In this document: positions 9,509 to 18,395 of the stretch, in pieces
Layout of the letters: each line of letters begins with the position of its first letter
How positions within the stretch are numbered: position 1 is the first letter of the stretch
Made by a program: the position numbers and the translations under genes
Origin: Myxococcota bacterium
GTDB lineage: Bacteria > Myxococcota_A > UBA9042 > PHBI01 > JAWLBL01
Length of the DNA: 64,000 nt
Direction of reading: 5' to 3'
NCBI GenBank assembly: GCA_041687695.1
Contig: JAWLBL010000022.1
Location: forward strand, 64,001 to 128,000
Notes under the pieces: model-generated
The model's input: only the letters and a program-made list of their open reading frames with translations
Told to the model about the DNA's origin: nothing
Database searches by the model: none

Positions 9509-10909
9509 TCAGAGCTCCTTGGCGCTGGCGGCGCGGGCGGTGGCGGCGATGGGGAGGTCGATGTCGCCGCCGGGGGCGGTGACGCGGTCGTCGACGTCCA
9601 CGGGGCGGCCGTAGCGCCAGAAGTTCACGATGAAGAGGGCGATGCCGATGCTGAAGAGGACGGCGGCCAGGACCAGGCCCAGGAAGTGGACCTCGACGGC
9701 CTTCTGCACCTCGAGGAAGTCCATGCCCATGCGGCGCTCGAGGTAGACCTGGGCGACGCCGGCGACGCCGAAGGCGACGGTCATGGCGAGCATGCCGATG
9801 TTGGAGGTCCAGAAGGACCACTCGGGGATCCAGCCGGTGTACAGCGTGCGGCCGGTCATCTGGGGCAGGGCGTAGGAGATGATGGCGAAGACGATCATCG
9901 CGTAGGCGCCCCAGAAGGCGAGGTGCCCGTGCATCGCGGTGACCAGCGTTCCGTGGGTCCAGATGTTCACGCTGGGCAGGGTGTGGGCGAAGCCGAGGAA
10001 GCCGGCGCCGACGAAGGCGACGATGCCGCAGCCGACCGTCCAGGTGAGCGCCATCTTGTTGGGGTGGCGGCGGCCGCCCTTCTTCATCATGACGACCCCG
10101 TAGATGGCCATCGCGAGGAAGCTCAGGGGCTCGAGGGCCGAGAAGAGGCCGCCCATGGCGAGCCAGTACTCGGGGGCGCCGATCCAGTAGTAGTGGTGGC
10201 CGGTGCCGATGATGCCGCTGATGAAGGTGATGCCGACGATGACGTAGAGCCACTTCTCGATGACCTCGCGGTCGACGCCGGTCAGCTTGATGAGCAGGAA
10301 GCTCATGATGGCGCCCATGATGAGCTCCCAGACGCCCTCGACCCACAGGTGCACGACCCACCAGCGGAAGTACGAGTCGCGGACCTGGTTCTCGAACGGG
10401 ATCATGCCCGGCAAGTAGAGCAGGGCGGCCGAGACCAGGCCGATGAGGAGCACGACGTTGGTGGTCGTGAAGCGTTTGGCGCGCAGGGCCGTGATGCCGA
10501 TGTTCGCGATGAACATCAGGACGTTGACGACGACCAGGTAGTCGAGCGGCCGGGGGATCTCGAGGAACTTGCGGCCCTCCCACCAGTTGAAGTGGAAGCC
10601 GATGATGGCGGTGACGCCCACGATGAGCAGCGAGGCCCACTGGATGATGGCCAGCTTCGGGCTCCACAGCTCGCGGTCGGCCTCCTCGGGGACGATGTAG
10701 TAGGCGGCGCCCATGAAGCCCATCAGCAGCCACATGACCAGCAGGTTCGTGTGGGTGGCGCGGGCGGTGTTGAAGGGGACCCAGTCGTGCAGGCCGTCGT
10801 AGCCCATGTGGGCGAAGCCCATGATGAAGCCGTAGACGATTTGCAGGCTCAGCAGGAGCATGCAGGTCGCGAAGAACGGGTACGCGACCTTCTGGGACTT
10901 GAACTTCAT
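9509..10909 (-). CDS. norB: Cytochrome c-dependent nitric oxide reductase catalytic subunit NorB
   Basis: HTNLL, WWVVHLWVEGVWE, GTGHHYYWIG, SALEPL, AMHGHLAFWG (heme and FeB ligands); 466 aa, i.e. cNOR size rather than qNOR. Confidence 0.97.
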   Translation of the reverse strand: MKFKSQKVAYPFFATCMLLLSLQIVYGFIMGFAHMGYDGLHDWVPFNTARATHTNLLVMWLLMGFMGAAYYIVPEEADRELWSPKLAIIQWASLLIVGVTAIIGFHFNWWEGRKFLEIPRPLDYLVVVNVLMFIANIGITALRAKRFTTTNVVLLIGLVSAALLYLPGMIPFENQVRDSYFRWWVVHLWVEGVWELIMGAIMSFLLIKLTGVDREVIEKWLYVIVGITFISGIIGTGHHYYWIGAPEYWLAMGGLFSALEPLSFLAMAIYGVVMMKKGGRRHPNKMALTWTVGCGIVAFVGAGFLGFAHTLPSVNIWTHGTLVTAMHGHLAFWGAYAMIVFAIISYALPQMTGRTLYTGWIPEWSFWTSNIGMLAMTVAFGVAGVAQVYLERRMGMDFLEVQKAVEVHFLGLVLAAVLFSIGIALFIVNFWRYGRPVDVDDRVTAPGGDIDLPIAATARAASAKEL

Positions 10910-10964
10910 GGGTGGCTCTCCTCGGGACGTCGGGATGTGGGGGTGGGGTGGCGGTCGCGTCCGG

Positions 10965-11654
10965 TCACTTCAGGGTCAGCAGCCAGTCGACCAGCTCGGC
11001 GCGCTGGTCGTCGGTCAGGGGCATCTTCGGCATGGCGGTGCCGGGCTTGACCGACTGCGGGTCGGCGATCCACTGGTCGAGGGCTGCGCGGTCGGCGAAG
11101 CGGCTGCCCACGCCGTCGAGGGCCGGGCCGACCTTGCCGCCGGTGCCGCCGACCGAGTGGCAGGCCGTGCACAGCTGGGCGAAGGTGCCGGGGGCGCTGT
11201 CGAGCGAGGCGGCGCCAGCGGCGACGACCGGCTTGGGCGCCATGTCCGGGTCGCGCGGGAAGCCGTTGGTGTCGATGTTGCCGTTCCACTCGAGGAAGGC
11301 GATGAGCGCCTCGATCTCGGGCTCCGAGAGGTCGTACTGGACCATCTTGCGCTCGCCGGGGAACATCCCCTGAGGGTCCTTCAGGAACAGGCGCAGCCAC
11401 TCCTTGCCGCGCCGCTCCACGACCTTGGTCAGCTCGGGCGCGTAGTAGGCCCCCTCGCCGAGCAAGGTGTGGCAGCCCATGCAGTTGTTGTCCTCCCAGA
11501 TCTCCTTTCCGTGCACGACCTCGGCGGTCATCAGGTGCTCGTTGGAGCGTTCGGGGACCTGCCGCAGGGTGTCGACGGTCAAACCGAGGAAGACGGCCGA
11601 GAACCCGGCCGTCGTGACGACGAAGAACAGTCTGGCTTGTGATTTCGAGAGCAT
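10965..11654 (-). CDS. norC: NorC cytochrome c subunit with an extra C-terminal heme c domain
   Basis: MLSKSQAR + TM anchor; CMGCHTLLGEGAYYAPELTKV; second CTACH...PGTAMP domain; GGAG RBS. Confidence 0.93.
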   Translation of the reverse strand: MLSKSQARLFFVVTTAGFSAVFLGLTVDTLRQVPERSNEHLMTAEVVHGKEIWEDNNCMGCHTLLGEGAYYAPELTKVVERRGKEWLRLFLKDPQGMFPGERKMVQYDLSEPEIEALIAFLEWNGNIDTNGFPRDPDMAPKPVVAAGAASLDSAPGTFAQLCTACHSVGGTGGKVGPALDGVGSRFADRAALDQWIADPQSVKPGTAMPKMPLTDDQRAELVDWLLTLK

Positions 11655-11693
11655 CGGGGTCACTCCGGGTTCAGCGGACCTGGCTGTCCGATT

Positions 11694-11709
11694 TGCACGC
11701 GGCGTGCCA
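11694..11709 (-). promoter_or_regulatory. sigma54 (-24/-12) promoter of norCBQD
   Basis: Minus strand TGGCACGCCGCGTGCA with GG and GC 12 bp apart; 40 bp upstream of the norC ATG. Confidence 0.75.
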
Positions 11710-11851
11710 CCTCCCACGCCCCGTGTTCGCGCGCGCTCTGGCCGCCTGCCGGCCTCGGCAGCGGGCGAATTGACACGCGTGCGGCGTGCGAGATGACCCA
11801 GCTCCCCCGGCGCGGCCCGTTCGGGGCGTCCAGCGGCCGGTCCTTCGGCGC

Positions 11852-11867
11852 TGGCACGTCCATTGCT
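11852..11867 (+). promoter_or_regulatory. sigma54 (-24/-12) promoter of the CBS-domain gene
   Basis: TGGCACGTCCATTGCT, perfect match to TGGCACG-N4-TTGCW. Confidence 0.8.
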
Positions 11868-11948
11868 GTGATCCAGGTCATCCCACCGAGCGGTCGACCC
11901 GGGTCGCGCCGACCCCGTGGCCTGCTCGGAGCTTTGAGAGGAAACCCG

Positions 11949-12374
11949 ATGAAGCGCAGCGAGCGAGTGTCCGAGATCATGAGCCAGGACGTCGTCACCT
12001 TGCGGCTCGAGGACCGCCTCAGCGAGATCCGCGGCACCATGATCGAGCACCACATCCACCACCTGCCGGTGGTCGACGGCGGCCGCCTCGTCGGGATGCT
12101 GAGCTGGTCCGATCTGCTGCGCGTCAGCTTCGGCGACGTCATCGGGCAGGACCCCGAGTCCGCCGACAAGCTGCTCGACCACGTCTCCTCGGTCGCCGAG
12201 ACGATGTCCCGCGACCTCGTCACCCTGGCGCCCGACGACACCATCCGCCACGCCGCCAGCCTGCTCGCCGAGGGGCGCTTCCACGCGCTGCCGGTGGTCG
12301 ATGATGGCCGCGTCGTCGGGATGCTCTCGTCGACCGATCTGGTCCGCTACCTCTACAAGCAGTACTGGGCCTAG
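11949..12374 (+). CDS. Tandem CBS-domain protein
   Basis: VSEIMSQDVVT..IHHLPVVD..LVGMLS; VAETMSRDLVT..FHALPVVD..VVGMLSSTDL; GAGAGG RBS. Confidence 0.9.
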   Translation: MKRSERVSEIMSQDVVTLRLEDRLSEIRGTMIEHHIHHLPVVDGGRLVGMLSWSDLLRVSFGDVIGQDPESADKLLDHVSSVAETMSRDLVTLAPDDTIRHAASLLAEGRFHALPVVDDGRVVGMLSSTDLVRYLYKQYWA

Positions 12375-12379
12375 CCGCC

Positions 12380-13072
12380 ATGGATGGCGAGGTAGGCAAC
12401 GCCCCCTGCCGCTGCGCCGGTCACGCCGCCCCCAGCGGCGACCTGACCGGCGCGCGCCCCCGCGTCGTCGTCCTCACGGGCGGCCCCGGCGCGGGCAAGA
12501 CCGCCGTCCTCGAGCTGGCCCGACGCCGCTTCTGCGCGCACGTCGAGGTCCTGCCCGAGTCGGCCAGCATCCTCTTCGGCGGCGGCTTCCCGCGCCGCGG
12601 CTCGCACGGCGCCCGCAAGGCCGCCCAGCGCGCCATCTTCCGGGTGCAGCGCGAGCTCGAGGCCGTCGCCCACGCCGACGGCGACCGCTCGGTCGTCCTG
12701 TGCGACCGCGGCACGCTCGACGGCCTGGCCTACTGGCCCGAGGGCTCCGAGAGCTTCTTCGCCGAGCTGGGCACCACCGCGGAGGCCGAGCTCGCCCGCT
12801 ACGACGTCGTCATCCACCTGCGGACGCCGCCGCCGGGGGCCTACGACCACGTCAACCCGCTGCGCACCGAGTCCGCCGCCCAGGCGGCCCTCATCGACGT
12901 CCGCATCGCCGAGGCCTGGGCCCGCCACCCGCGCCGGGTCGTCATCGACAGCACCAGCGACTTCTTCGACAAGGCCGCCGCCGCGCTCGCGGCGATCTCG
13001 GCCGAGGTCCCCCCGTGCTGCCGATCGGCCGGGACCCTCGTCCGCGCGACGAGCCCCGCCCCCGTCTCCTGA
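12380..13072 (+). CDS. P-loop NTPase, NadR/AAA_28-like
   Basis: VVLTGGPGAGKT, LPESA, LCDRGTLDGLAYW. Confidence 0.8.
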   Translation: MDGEVGNAPCRCAGHAAPSGDLTGARPRVVVLTGGPGAGKTAVLELARRRFCAHVEVLPESASILFGGGFPRRGSHGARKAAQRAIFRVQRELEAVAHADGDRSVVLCDRGTLDGLAYWPEGSESFFAELGTTAEAELARYDVVIHLRTPPPGAYDHVNPLRTESAAQAALIDVRIAEAWARHPRRVVIDSTSDFFDKAAAALAAISAEVPPCCRSAGTLVRATSPAPVS

Positions 13073-13155
13073 CGAGGGCGGGCCGCCCGGCCGCTGGTTC
13101 GAGGCCCCGCTTCTTGCGACGAGCCCCGCCCCCGTCTCCTGACGAGGGCGGGCCG
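13046..13155. repeat. Two identical 40-bp hairpin-forming direct repeats (13046-13085, 13116-13155), terminator/REP-like
   Basis: GCGACGAGCCCCGCCCCCGTCTCCTGACGAGGGCGGGCCG x2, 30 bp apart; stem CCCGCCC.CGTC/GACG.GGGCGGG; lies between convergent genes. Confidence 0.85.
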
Positions 13156-13175
13156 TCGTCAGCGGGCCGCGCGCC

Positions 13176-14441
13176 TCAGAACGTCCCCTGGACCGACAGG
13201 TACAGGCCCAGGTCGGCGTCGTCCCCGCCGATGATCGCCTCGAGCCCCGCGTCCGGCACCATCAGGAACGCCCCCGCGAAGGCCTCGAGCTGCGGCATCG
13301 GCGTCCACGTCACCGTCCCGTCGACCTCCCAGCCGAAGGCCTCGGGGCCCCCACGCGGCTCGGCCGCCAGGAACCGGTGCACGTCCAGCCCCAGGCGCCA
13401 GTCGGGCGCCGGCGTCGCCGCCAGCTTCAGCGCCAGGTCGACCAGCCCCTGCTGCTGCGTCTGCGCGGGGATGTTGATGAAGAAGTCGGCGAACCCGTAG
13501 AAGGCGTGGTTGGTGCCGTACAGCGTGTCGAAGGCCCTGACGGTCCCGTCGGTCGGGTCGTCGTCGCCGCTCAGGTAGTCGGCCCAGAGCGTCACCTGCA
13601 GCCACGAGACGCCGGGCACCCGCGTCCCCACCGCGCCGGCCAGCAGGAACGCCGAGATGTCTCGGTCGCCGGCCTCGCCGGTCTGGTAGTAGCCCTCGAC
13701 CCGCAGGTCGACGGGTCCGAGCTTCAGCTTGTCCCACAGGCCCAGCGTCGCCCGCGTCAGGTCGTCGCGGTAGCGGTGCTCGGCCAGCCCATACAGCGAC
13801 AGCGCGTTCTTCTGGCCGGCCAGCTCGTGCTCCAGCCGCGCCACGGCCCCGGTCAGGAACATGGTCTCGTTGGGCGGGATCAGCTCCGAGCGGTTGCCCA
13901 GCGCGTCCTCGACGTCCAGCACCTGCGCGTACAGGGCGTCGACCTGCCAGCCGGCCTCGGGTGGCGCGTAGCGCAGCCGCACGGCGTCGAAGCTGCGGCC
14001 CTGCGGCGTCCAGCCGACCGGCCCGATGAGGCGCTGCTCGTCGTAGGACAGCTCCTGCCGGCCGATGCGCGCCACCAGCCCCGGCGTCAGCAGCGGGAGA
14101 TCCAGGTAGGCCTGGTGCACGTCCAGCCCGTCGGCCGAGTAGTCGAACAGGGTATGCAGCTCCTCGCCCCAGGCGCGCACGTCCTGGATCTGCACGAAGA
14201 CCGACGGCCCCTGCTGCAGCGCGACCCCCAGCCCCAGGCGCGTGCGCTGCTCGACCCAGGTGTGCGAGGGGTCGCCGCTGTCGCCGTCTCGTCCCTGGTG
14301 GTGGTTGACGCGGGTGCGCACCTGGACGGGAGCGGTCACGCCCTCGGCCAGCGGGACGGCGAAGGCGGGGGCGGCGGCGAGGGGGGAGGCGGTCAGCAGC
14401 GCCGCCGCGGCGAGTCGTGACATGCGTCGTTTTCGTGGCAT
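13176..14441 (-). CDS. Alginate-export-family outer membrane beta-barrel
   Basis: Signal peptide; QRTRLG, FVQIQDVRAWG, LDVHQAY, IGRQELSYDEQRLIGPVGW...GRSFDA, FDTLYGTNHAFYGFADFF; terminal Phe. Start 14441 or 14423. Confidence 0.85.
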   Translation of the reverse strand: MPRKRRMSRLAAAALLTASPLAAAPAFAVPLAEGVTAPVQVRTRVNHHQGRDGDSGDPSHTWVEQRTRLGLGVALQQGPSVFVQIQDVRAWGEELHTLFDYSADGLDVHQAYLDLPLLTPGLVARIGRQELSYDEQRLIGPVGWTPQGRSFDAVRLRYAPPEAGWQVDALYAQVLDVEDALGNRSELIPPNETMFLTGAVARLEHELAGQKNALSLYGLAEHRYRDDLTRATLGLWDKLKLGPVDLRVEGYYQTGEAGDRDISAFLLAGAVGTRVPGVSWLQVTLWADYLSGDDDPTDGTVRAFDTLYGTNHAFYGFADFFINIPAQTQQQGLVDLALKLAATPAPDWRLGLDVHRFLAAEPRGGPEAFGWEVDGTVTWTPMPQLEAFAGAFLMVPDAGLEAIIGGDDADLGLYLSVQGTF

Positions 14442-14519
14442 CGGGCACCCCGGGGTCGTGTGAACGCGCCCCCCGCCGCGGCCTTCCTGGGCTCCGCGCG
14501 GGGGCGCAACCCCGGATGC

Positions 14520-14535
14520 AGCAAGGTTCGGGCCA
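14520..14535 (-). promoter_or_regulatory. sigma54 (-24/-12) promoter of the porin gene
   Basis: Minus strand TGGCCCGAACCTTGCT, correct GG-N10-GC spacing. Confidence 0.7.
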
Positions 14536-14609
14536 ACTCGGACGGGCGTGTCCCGGTTGTTGGGGCCATGAGCCGCCCCTGCGCAACCCTCTGGGCGTCG
14601 CCGTGGCCC

Positions 14610-15023
14610 TCAGACCTTCGACCACCGGGCCGCGCCGCGCCCCAGCGCCAACGCTCCGAACAGCAGCCCGGCGTCGCGCAGCGCCAGCGCCATCTGCTCG
14701 CCGGCCACCGCGGCGTTCAGCGCCAACAGCGCGAACCACAGCGCCAGCGCGTACCCGCCCAGCCGCGCCGACATCGCCACGCCGACACCCAGCGCGATCT
14801 CGACGAGGCCGACGACCTTGATCAGCGTCAGCGCCCCCAGGGGCGCCGCGTCGAGCACCGCGGGCGCGATGACGGGCGGCCCACCGCCCAGGAACCCCAG
14901 GAACTTGTCCAGGCCCAGGACGATCGGCAGGACGGCCATCGCGGCGTGCAGGATGAGGAAGCCCTGTCGGGCGGGATCGGCCGGCGCGCTGGCGCGGCGG
15001 CGCGGGAGCTCGTGGACGGTCAT
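14610..15023 (-). CDS. DoxX-like small membrane protein
   Basis: LPIVLGLDKF, VGLVEIALG, ALRDAGLL; AAGGAGGG RBS. Confidence 0.75.
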   Translation of the reverse strand: MTVHELPRRRASAPADPARQGFLILHAAMAVLPIVLGLDKFLGFLGGGPPVIAPAVLDAAPLGALTLIKVVGLVEIALGVGVAMSARLGGYALALWFALLALNAAVAGEQMALALRDAGLLFGALALGRGAARWSKV

Positions 15024-15206
15024 GACGCGCCCTCCTTGGCGGCTGCGGCGCGGGCCCGGCAGGGGCGGCGCCGTGGCGAGAGCGTTGGCGGCCAATCCCG
15101 AGGGGCCGCGCGCAGCGAGGGGTTCGGGCGCGCGGTGCGGGCGTCGAGGCCGAACCCGAGCATGCCACGGCCCCCGCGCCCCGCCGAGCCCCCGGTCGGG
15201 CCACCG
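15008..15206. repeat. Segment A: doxX start plus upstream region; diverged copies at 17714-17910 and, partially, about 19970-20100
   Basis: Shared blocks GCTCGTGGACGGTCAT, CGCGCCCTCCTTGGCGGCTGCGGCGCGGG, GGCCAATCCCGAGGGGCCGCGCG, AGCGAGGGGTTCGG, CGGGCGTCGAGGCC, CGGGCCACCG. Confidence 0.9.
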
Positions 15207-15296
15207 CCCGACGCGTGCCATGGGCTCGGGGGCTGAGACGCGCCCAGGCGGCCGACCGGGTTGCGTCCCTGCCCTGCACCGTGGGAAGCTGGCGAG

Positions 15297-16025
15297 ATGA
15301 GCGCAGCGCCCTCCCAACTCACGACCCCATCCGGTTCCCAGGTCTCGCGTGTGCCGCCTCGCTGGAGGTGGGTCGACCTGGCGTTTCGCCTCGCCGAGTG
15401 GGAGGTCCTCATCCACCTCTGCACGGTCGTGGTCGGGGTGGTGGTTTCGGCCTCGATGGGGGGTGCGGACGTCAACGAGGGTGTCCTCGGGGCCATCGTC
15501 CCACTGACCTACTTCGTGCGTGTCGCCATGGAGCTCATCGGGTTCGGGCTGCTGGTATCCGCGGCGCGCTCGCTCCCCGGTGGACTCGCTGGCCGTGTGG
15601 CGGCTTGCGCCTGGATTGGCCTCGTCTGCATCGCGTTGCGAACGACCTTCGACGTGGTCGCCCTCGTCGCGACCGAGTTCGCCGTCGAACATCTGCTGTT
15701 CGTCTTCGAGCTGACCCCGCTGGTGCCTCTGGTCGCCATGGGCGCCCTCATGCTGGTGGCGCGCGGCGTCATCAAGCGGTTGGCACCGTCGAGCTCGACG
15801 CGAACGGCCGAGCTGCAGCTCGCGCTCATCGGCGTCGCGATCGCCTATCACCTGAGCGCGACCTACACCGACGCGCTGGCCGCGATCCCAGGGGGCGTTC
15901 TTGCGATCGTCGTGCTGCTCTCACGCCTCGTAGGGCTGATCCTCTACCTGCGGGCGCTCCGCCAGGCGCGCCGAGCGCTCGCCGCGACCCGCGACACCAC
16001 CGCCATGGCCGAGGTCTTCTCCTGA
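15297..16025 (+). CDS. Hypothetical multi-pass membrane protein (cargo-like, reduced GC)
   Basis: Long ORF with about 6 hydrophobic segments; more A/T-ending codons than neighbours; no family recognised. Confidence 0.65.
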   Translation: MSAAPSQLTTPSGSQVSRVPPRWRWVDLAFRLAEWEVLIHLCTVVVGVVVSASMGGADVNEGVLGAIVPLTYFVRVAMELIGFGLLVSAARSLPGGLAGRVAACAWIGLVCIALRTTFDVVALVATEFAVEHLLFVFELTPLVPLVAMGALMLVARGVIKRLAPSSSTRTAELQLALIGVAIAYHLSATYTDALAAIPGGVLAIVVLLSRLVGLILYLRALRQARRALAATRDTTAMAEVFS

Positions 16026-16112
16026 GCCCGTCGCCGCTCGACCTCAGGAGATTGCGGCCAGGCCAGCCGTCTAGATCCCCAAACCTCGAACCCGCACCTT
16101 CCGAGGACCCCC

Positions 16113-17561
16113 GTGCTTCGCTCGATCATGGTCACCCTCGCCGCTCTCGTCGCGTCCGCCGGATGCGGCTCGGCGACGCCGGGCGCCGCGATCGATGAGG
16201 TGCCTGCTGCGGATCCTTCGTCCGATGCCGAGCTCGCGTTCGATGGGGCGCCTGCCGCGGACACCTCGCCCGACGCCGAGCTCGCGTCCGACGACGCCTG
16301 GCAAGAGGCCCTGGACGGGGTCGCGGCGGAGGCAGAGACCTTCGGCCCGGACACGGCCGACACGGACGCCTCGAAGGGCGACGCGTCGGACGATGACCTC
16401 GGGTCCGACGGCGACACTGCTCCTCCGCTCCCGACCTGCAGCGAGGTCCTCGATGCGGAGGCCGCGCCGATCCCCCTGACGCCCCTGTGGGACTCGACCT
16501 ACGGTCACCTGAAGGCCTCGTGGCACCGGTCCTACCATGCCGAGCGGCTCGTCGACGGCACGATGCTGCTCGGCGGAGAGTTCACTCCCGGGACTCAGTT
16601 TGGCCAGCCGCTCTGGGTGCTCCTCGACGCCGACGGCGGCCAGCTGGGCGGCGACGTCGTCCCCACCGCGGGCTCGGCCGGCGAGATCCAACGTGTCCGG
16701 GCGCTCCCCGACGGCGGCGCCATCCTCGCCGGCCACCACACGAGCAACGGCCTCGGCTTCAGCCATCTGTGGCTGGCCCGCTTCGGCCCCGGCATGGCGC
16801 CGGCCTGGTCGCGGCAGACGGAGCTCCTCGACATGAGGGCGCGCGACCTCGCCCTCCTCGAAGGCGGCGGCTTCGCCATGGCGGCGAGTGACACCTGGCA
16901 GCCCGTGGCCCACGTCGTCTGGTTCGACGCGGACGGCCACGCCGTCGACGCTTGGAGCGCCTCGTTGGGCGTCCATGTTCGTTCCGTCCAGCTATGGGTG
17001 ATGCCGGCGGGCCGTCTGGGCGTCGCCGTGGTCGCCCGCTCGGCCGACGTCCTCTACGCCCCGGACGCCCTCCACGTCGTGACCTTCGACGCCGAGCACG
17101 AGGTCGACTCCGTCGCCGAGCTGACGCTCGACGGGACGCACTTGCTGCAGGTGGTGCGCCCAAGGCCCGGGGGGGGCTGGCTCGCGGCGGGCCTTCGCAG
17201 CGAGGCAGGCCCCTGGCTGGTCGGCCTGGGTCCGACGGGCGCCGTCGAGTGGTCACGGGTGGTCCCGGTCGGGCCCGGCTCCATCTCCGACCTCGTGCCG
17301 CTCGAAGGCGGCGGTTGGTTGGCCGTCGGCAGTCTCTACCCATCGCAGAACCACTATGAATCGCTGGTCCTGAGGCTCGGCCCGTGCGGCGAGCTGGTGG
17401 CCGCCGCCCGGCTCGGGCCGGCGCTGAGGACCTTCTCGGCCGTGGCCCACGTTCCCGGCACGTCGACGGCCATGGCGACTGGCTGGGCGAGCGCGATCCA
17501 CCAAGGGACTGAAGGCTACTTCATCACGGCCACCGAGCTCCCGGTCGACTTCGGTCCGTGA
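16113..17561 (+). CDS. Lipoprotein with acidic linker and beta-propeller-like domain
   Basis: Lipobox ASAGC; D/A-rich linker; repeats of type VRALPDGGAILAG, LALLEGGGFAMA, VRPRPGGGWLAAG, LVPLEGGGWLAVG. Confidence 0.75.
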   Translation: MLRSIMVTLAALVASAGCGSATPGAAIDEVPAADPSSDAELAFDGAPAADTSPDAELASDDAWQEALDGVAAEAETFGPDTADTDASKGDASDDDLGSDGDTAPPLPTCSEVLDAEAAPIPLTPLWDSTYGHLKASWHRSYHAERLVDGTMLLGGEFTPGTQFGQPLWVLLDADGGQLGGDVVPTAGSAGEIQRVRALPDGGAILAGHHTSNGLGFSHLWLARFGPGMAPAWSRQTELLDMRARDLALLEGGGFAMAASDTWQPVAHVVWFDADGHAVDAWSASLGVHVRSVQLWVMPAGRLGVAVVARSADVLYAPDALHVVTFDAEHEVDSVAELTLDGTHLLQVVRPRPGGGWLAAGLRSEAGPWLVGLGPTGAVEWSRVVPVGPGSISDLVPLEGGGWLAVGSLYPSQNHYESLVLRLGPCGELVAAARLGPALRTFSAVAHVPGTSTAMATGWASAIHQGTEGYFITATELPVDFGP

Positions 17562-17713
17562 GCTGGCTCGGTCCCCGGCGCGCCCACCAGGCCGAGTTCG
17601 CTGCGCCACGCGCGGCTGCCTGGCCGTCGACCGGGCCGCTGGCGGGAACGTCGAGGCCGAACCGCGTCGCGGCGCGCAAGCTCAGAGCGGCATGCGCGGC
17701 GCGCGGCGCGAGC

Positions 17714-17910
17714 GCTCGTGGACGGTCATCGCGCGCCCTCCTTGGCGGCTGCGGCGCGGGCTGGCTGGGCAGCCCCGTGGCGCGAGCGTTGACGGCCAAT
17801 CCCGAGGGGCCGCGCGAGCGAGGGGTTCGGCTGCGCGGTTCGGGCGTCGAGGCCTACCCGAGCGTGCAACGTCCCCCCGCTTCCAGCCGAGCCCCTGCGT
17901 CGGGCCACCG
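17714..17910. repeat. Segment A': diverged copy of the doxX 5' end and upstream region (gene-start remnant MTVHERSRR...)
   Basis: Direct alignment to 15008-15206 by eye; the reading frame ends after 15 codons. Confidence 0.9.
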
Positions 17911-17944
17911 GCCTCGCGGCTTCGCTGACCGAGAGGGCTCGCGC

Positions 17945-18302
17945 GTGCGAATCGGCTGCGCGAGCCTCGACGGAGGCTCTTCGCGGGTGCGAGTCGGCTG
18001 CGCGAGGCTCGCGGAGGCGATTCGCAGGTGAAAATCGGCTGCGCGAGGCTCGCGGAGGGGTCTTCGCAGGTGAAAGTCGCCTGCACGAGGCTCGCGGAGG
18101 CGATTCGCAGGTGAAAATCGCCTGCACGGGGCTCGCGGAGGCGTTTCGCAGGTGAAAACCGGCTGCGCGAGGGTCGCGGAGGCGTTTCGCAGGTGAAAAT
18201 CGCCTGCACGGGGCTCGCGGAGGCGTTTCGCACGTGAGAATCGGCCGCGCGAGGCTCGCAGAGGCTTCTCGCGGGTGAAAATCGGCTGCGCGAGGCTCGC
18301 GG
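17945..18302. repeat. Tandem array 1 of a palindromic 41-42 bp non-coding repeat (8 full units + partial)
   Basis: Consensus GTGAAAATCGGCTGCGCGAGGCTCGCGGAGGCGATTCGCAG; units start at 17945, 17987, 18028, 18070, 18111, 18152, 18193, 18234, 18275. Confidence 0.95.
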
Positions 18303-18395
18303 GCCGGTGCGGCGACCTGGGGGTCAGGGGGCCCCGGGGGTGGGGGTCGCGCTGACCGTGAAGTCGGTGAAGTTGTCGCCCGTGTCGGTCGCGTC
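18299..18395. repeat. Segment B': exact 97-bp copy of 20421-20517 (3' end of the large Cys-rich gene)
   Basis: Identical sequence at offset 2122 bp; minus strand encodes DATDTGDNFTDFTVSATPTPGAP*. Confidence 0.95.

Noticed and set aside
11655..11948. FNR/DNR box upstream of norC
   Set aside because: No TTGAT-N4-ATCAA match found; only a lone TTGAC half-site.
13046..13155. 40-bp repeat + 30-bp spacer + 40-bp repeat as a mini-CRISPR
   Set aside because: Only two repeats, the first overlaps a coding stop, no cas genes, and no typical CRISPR repeat end motif.
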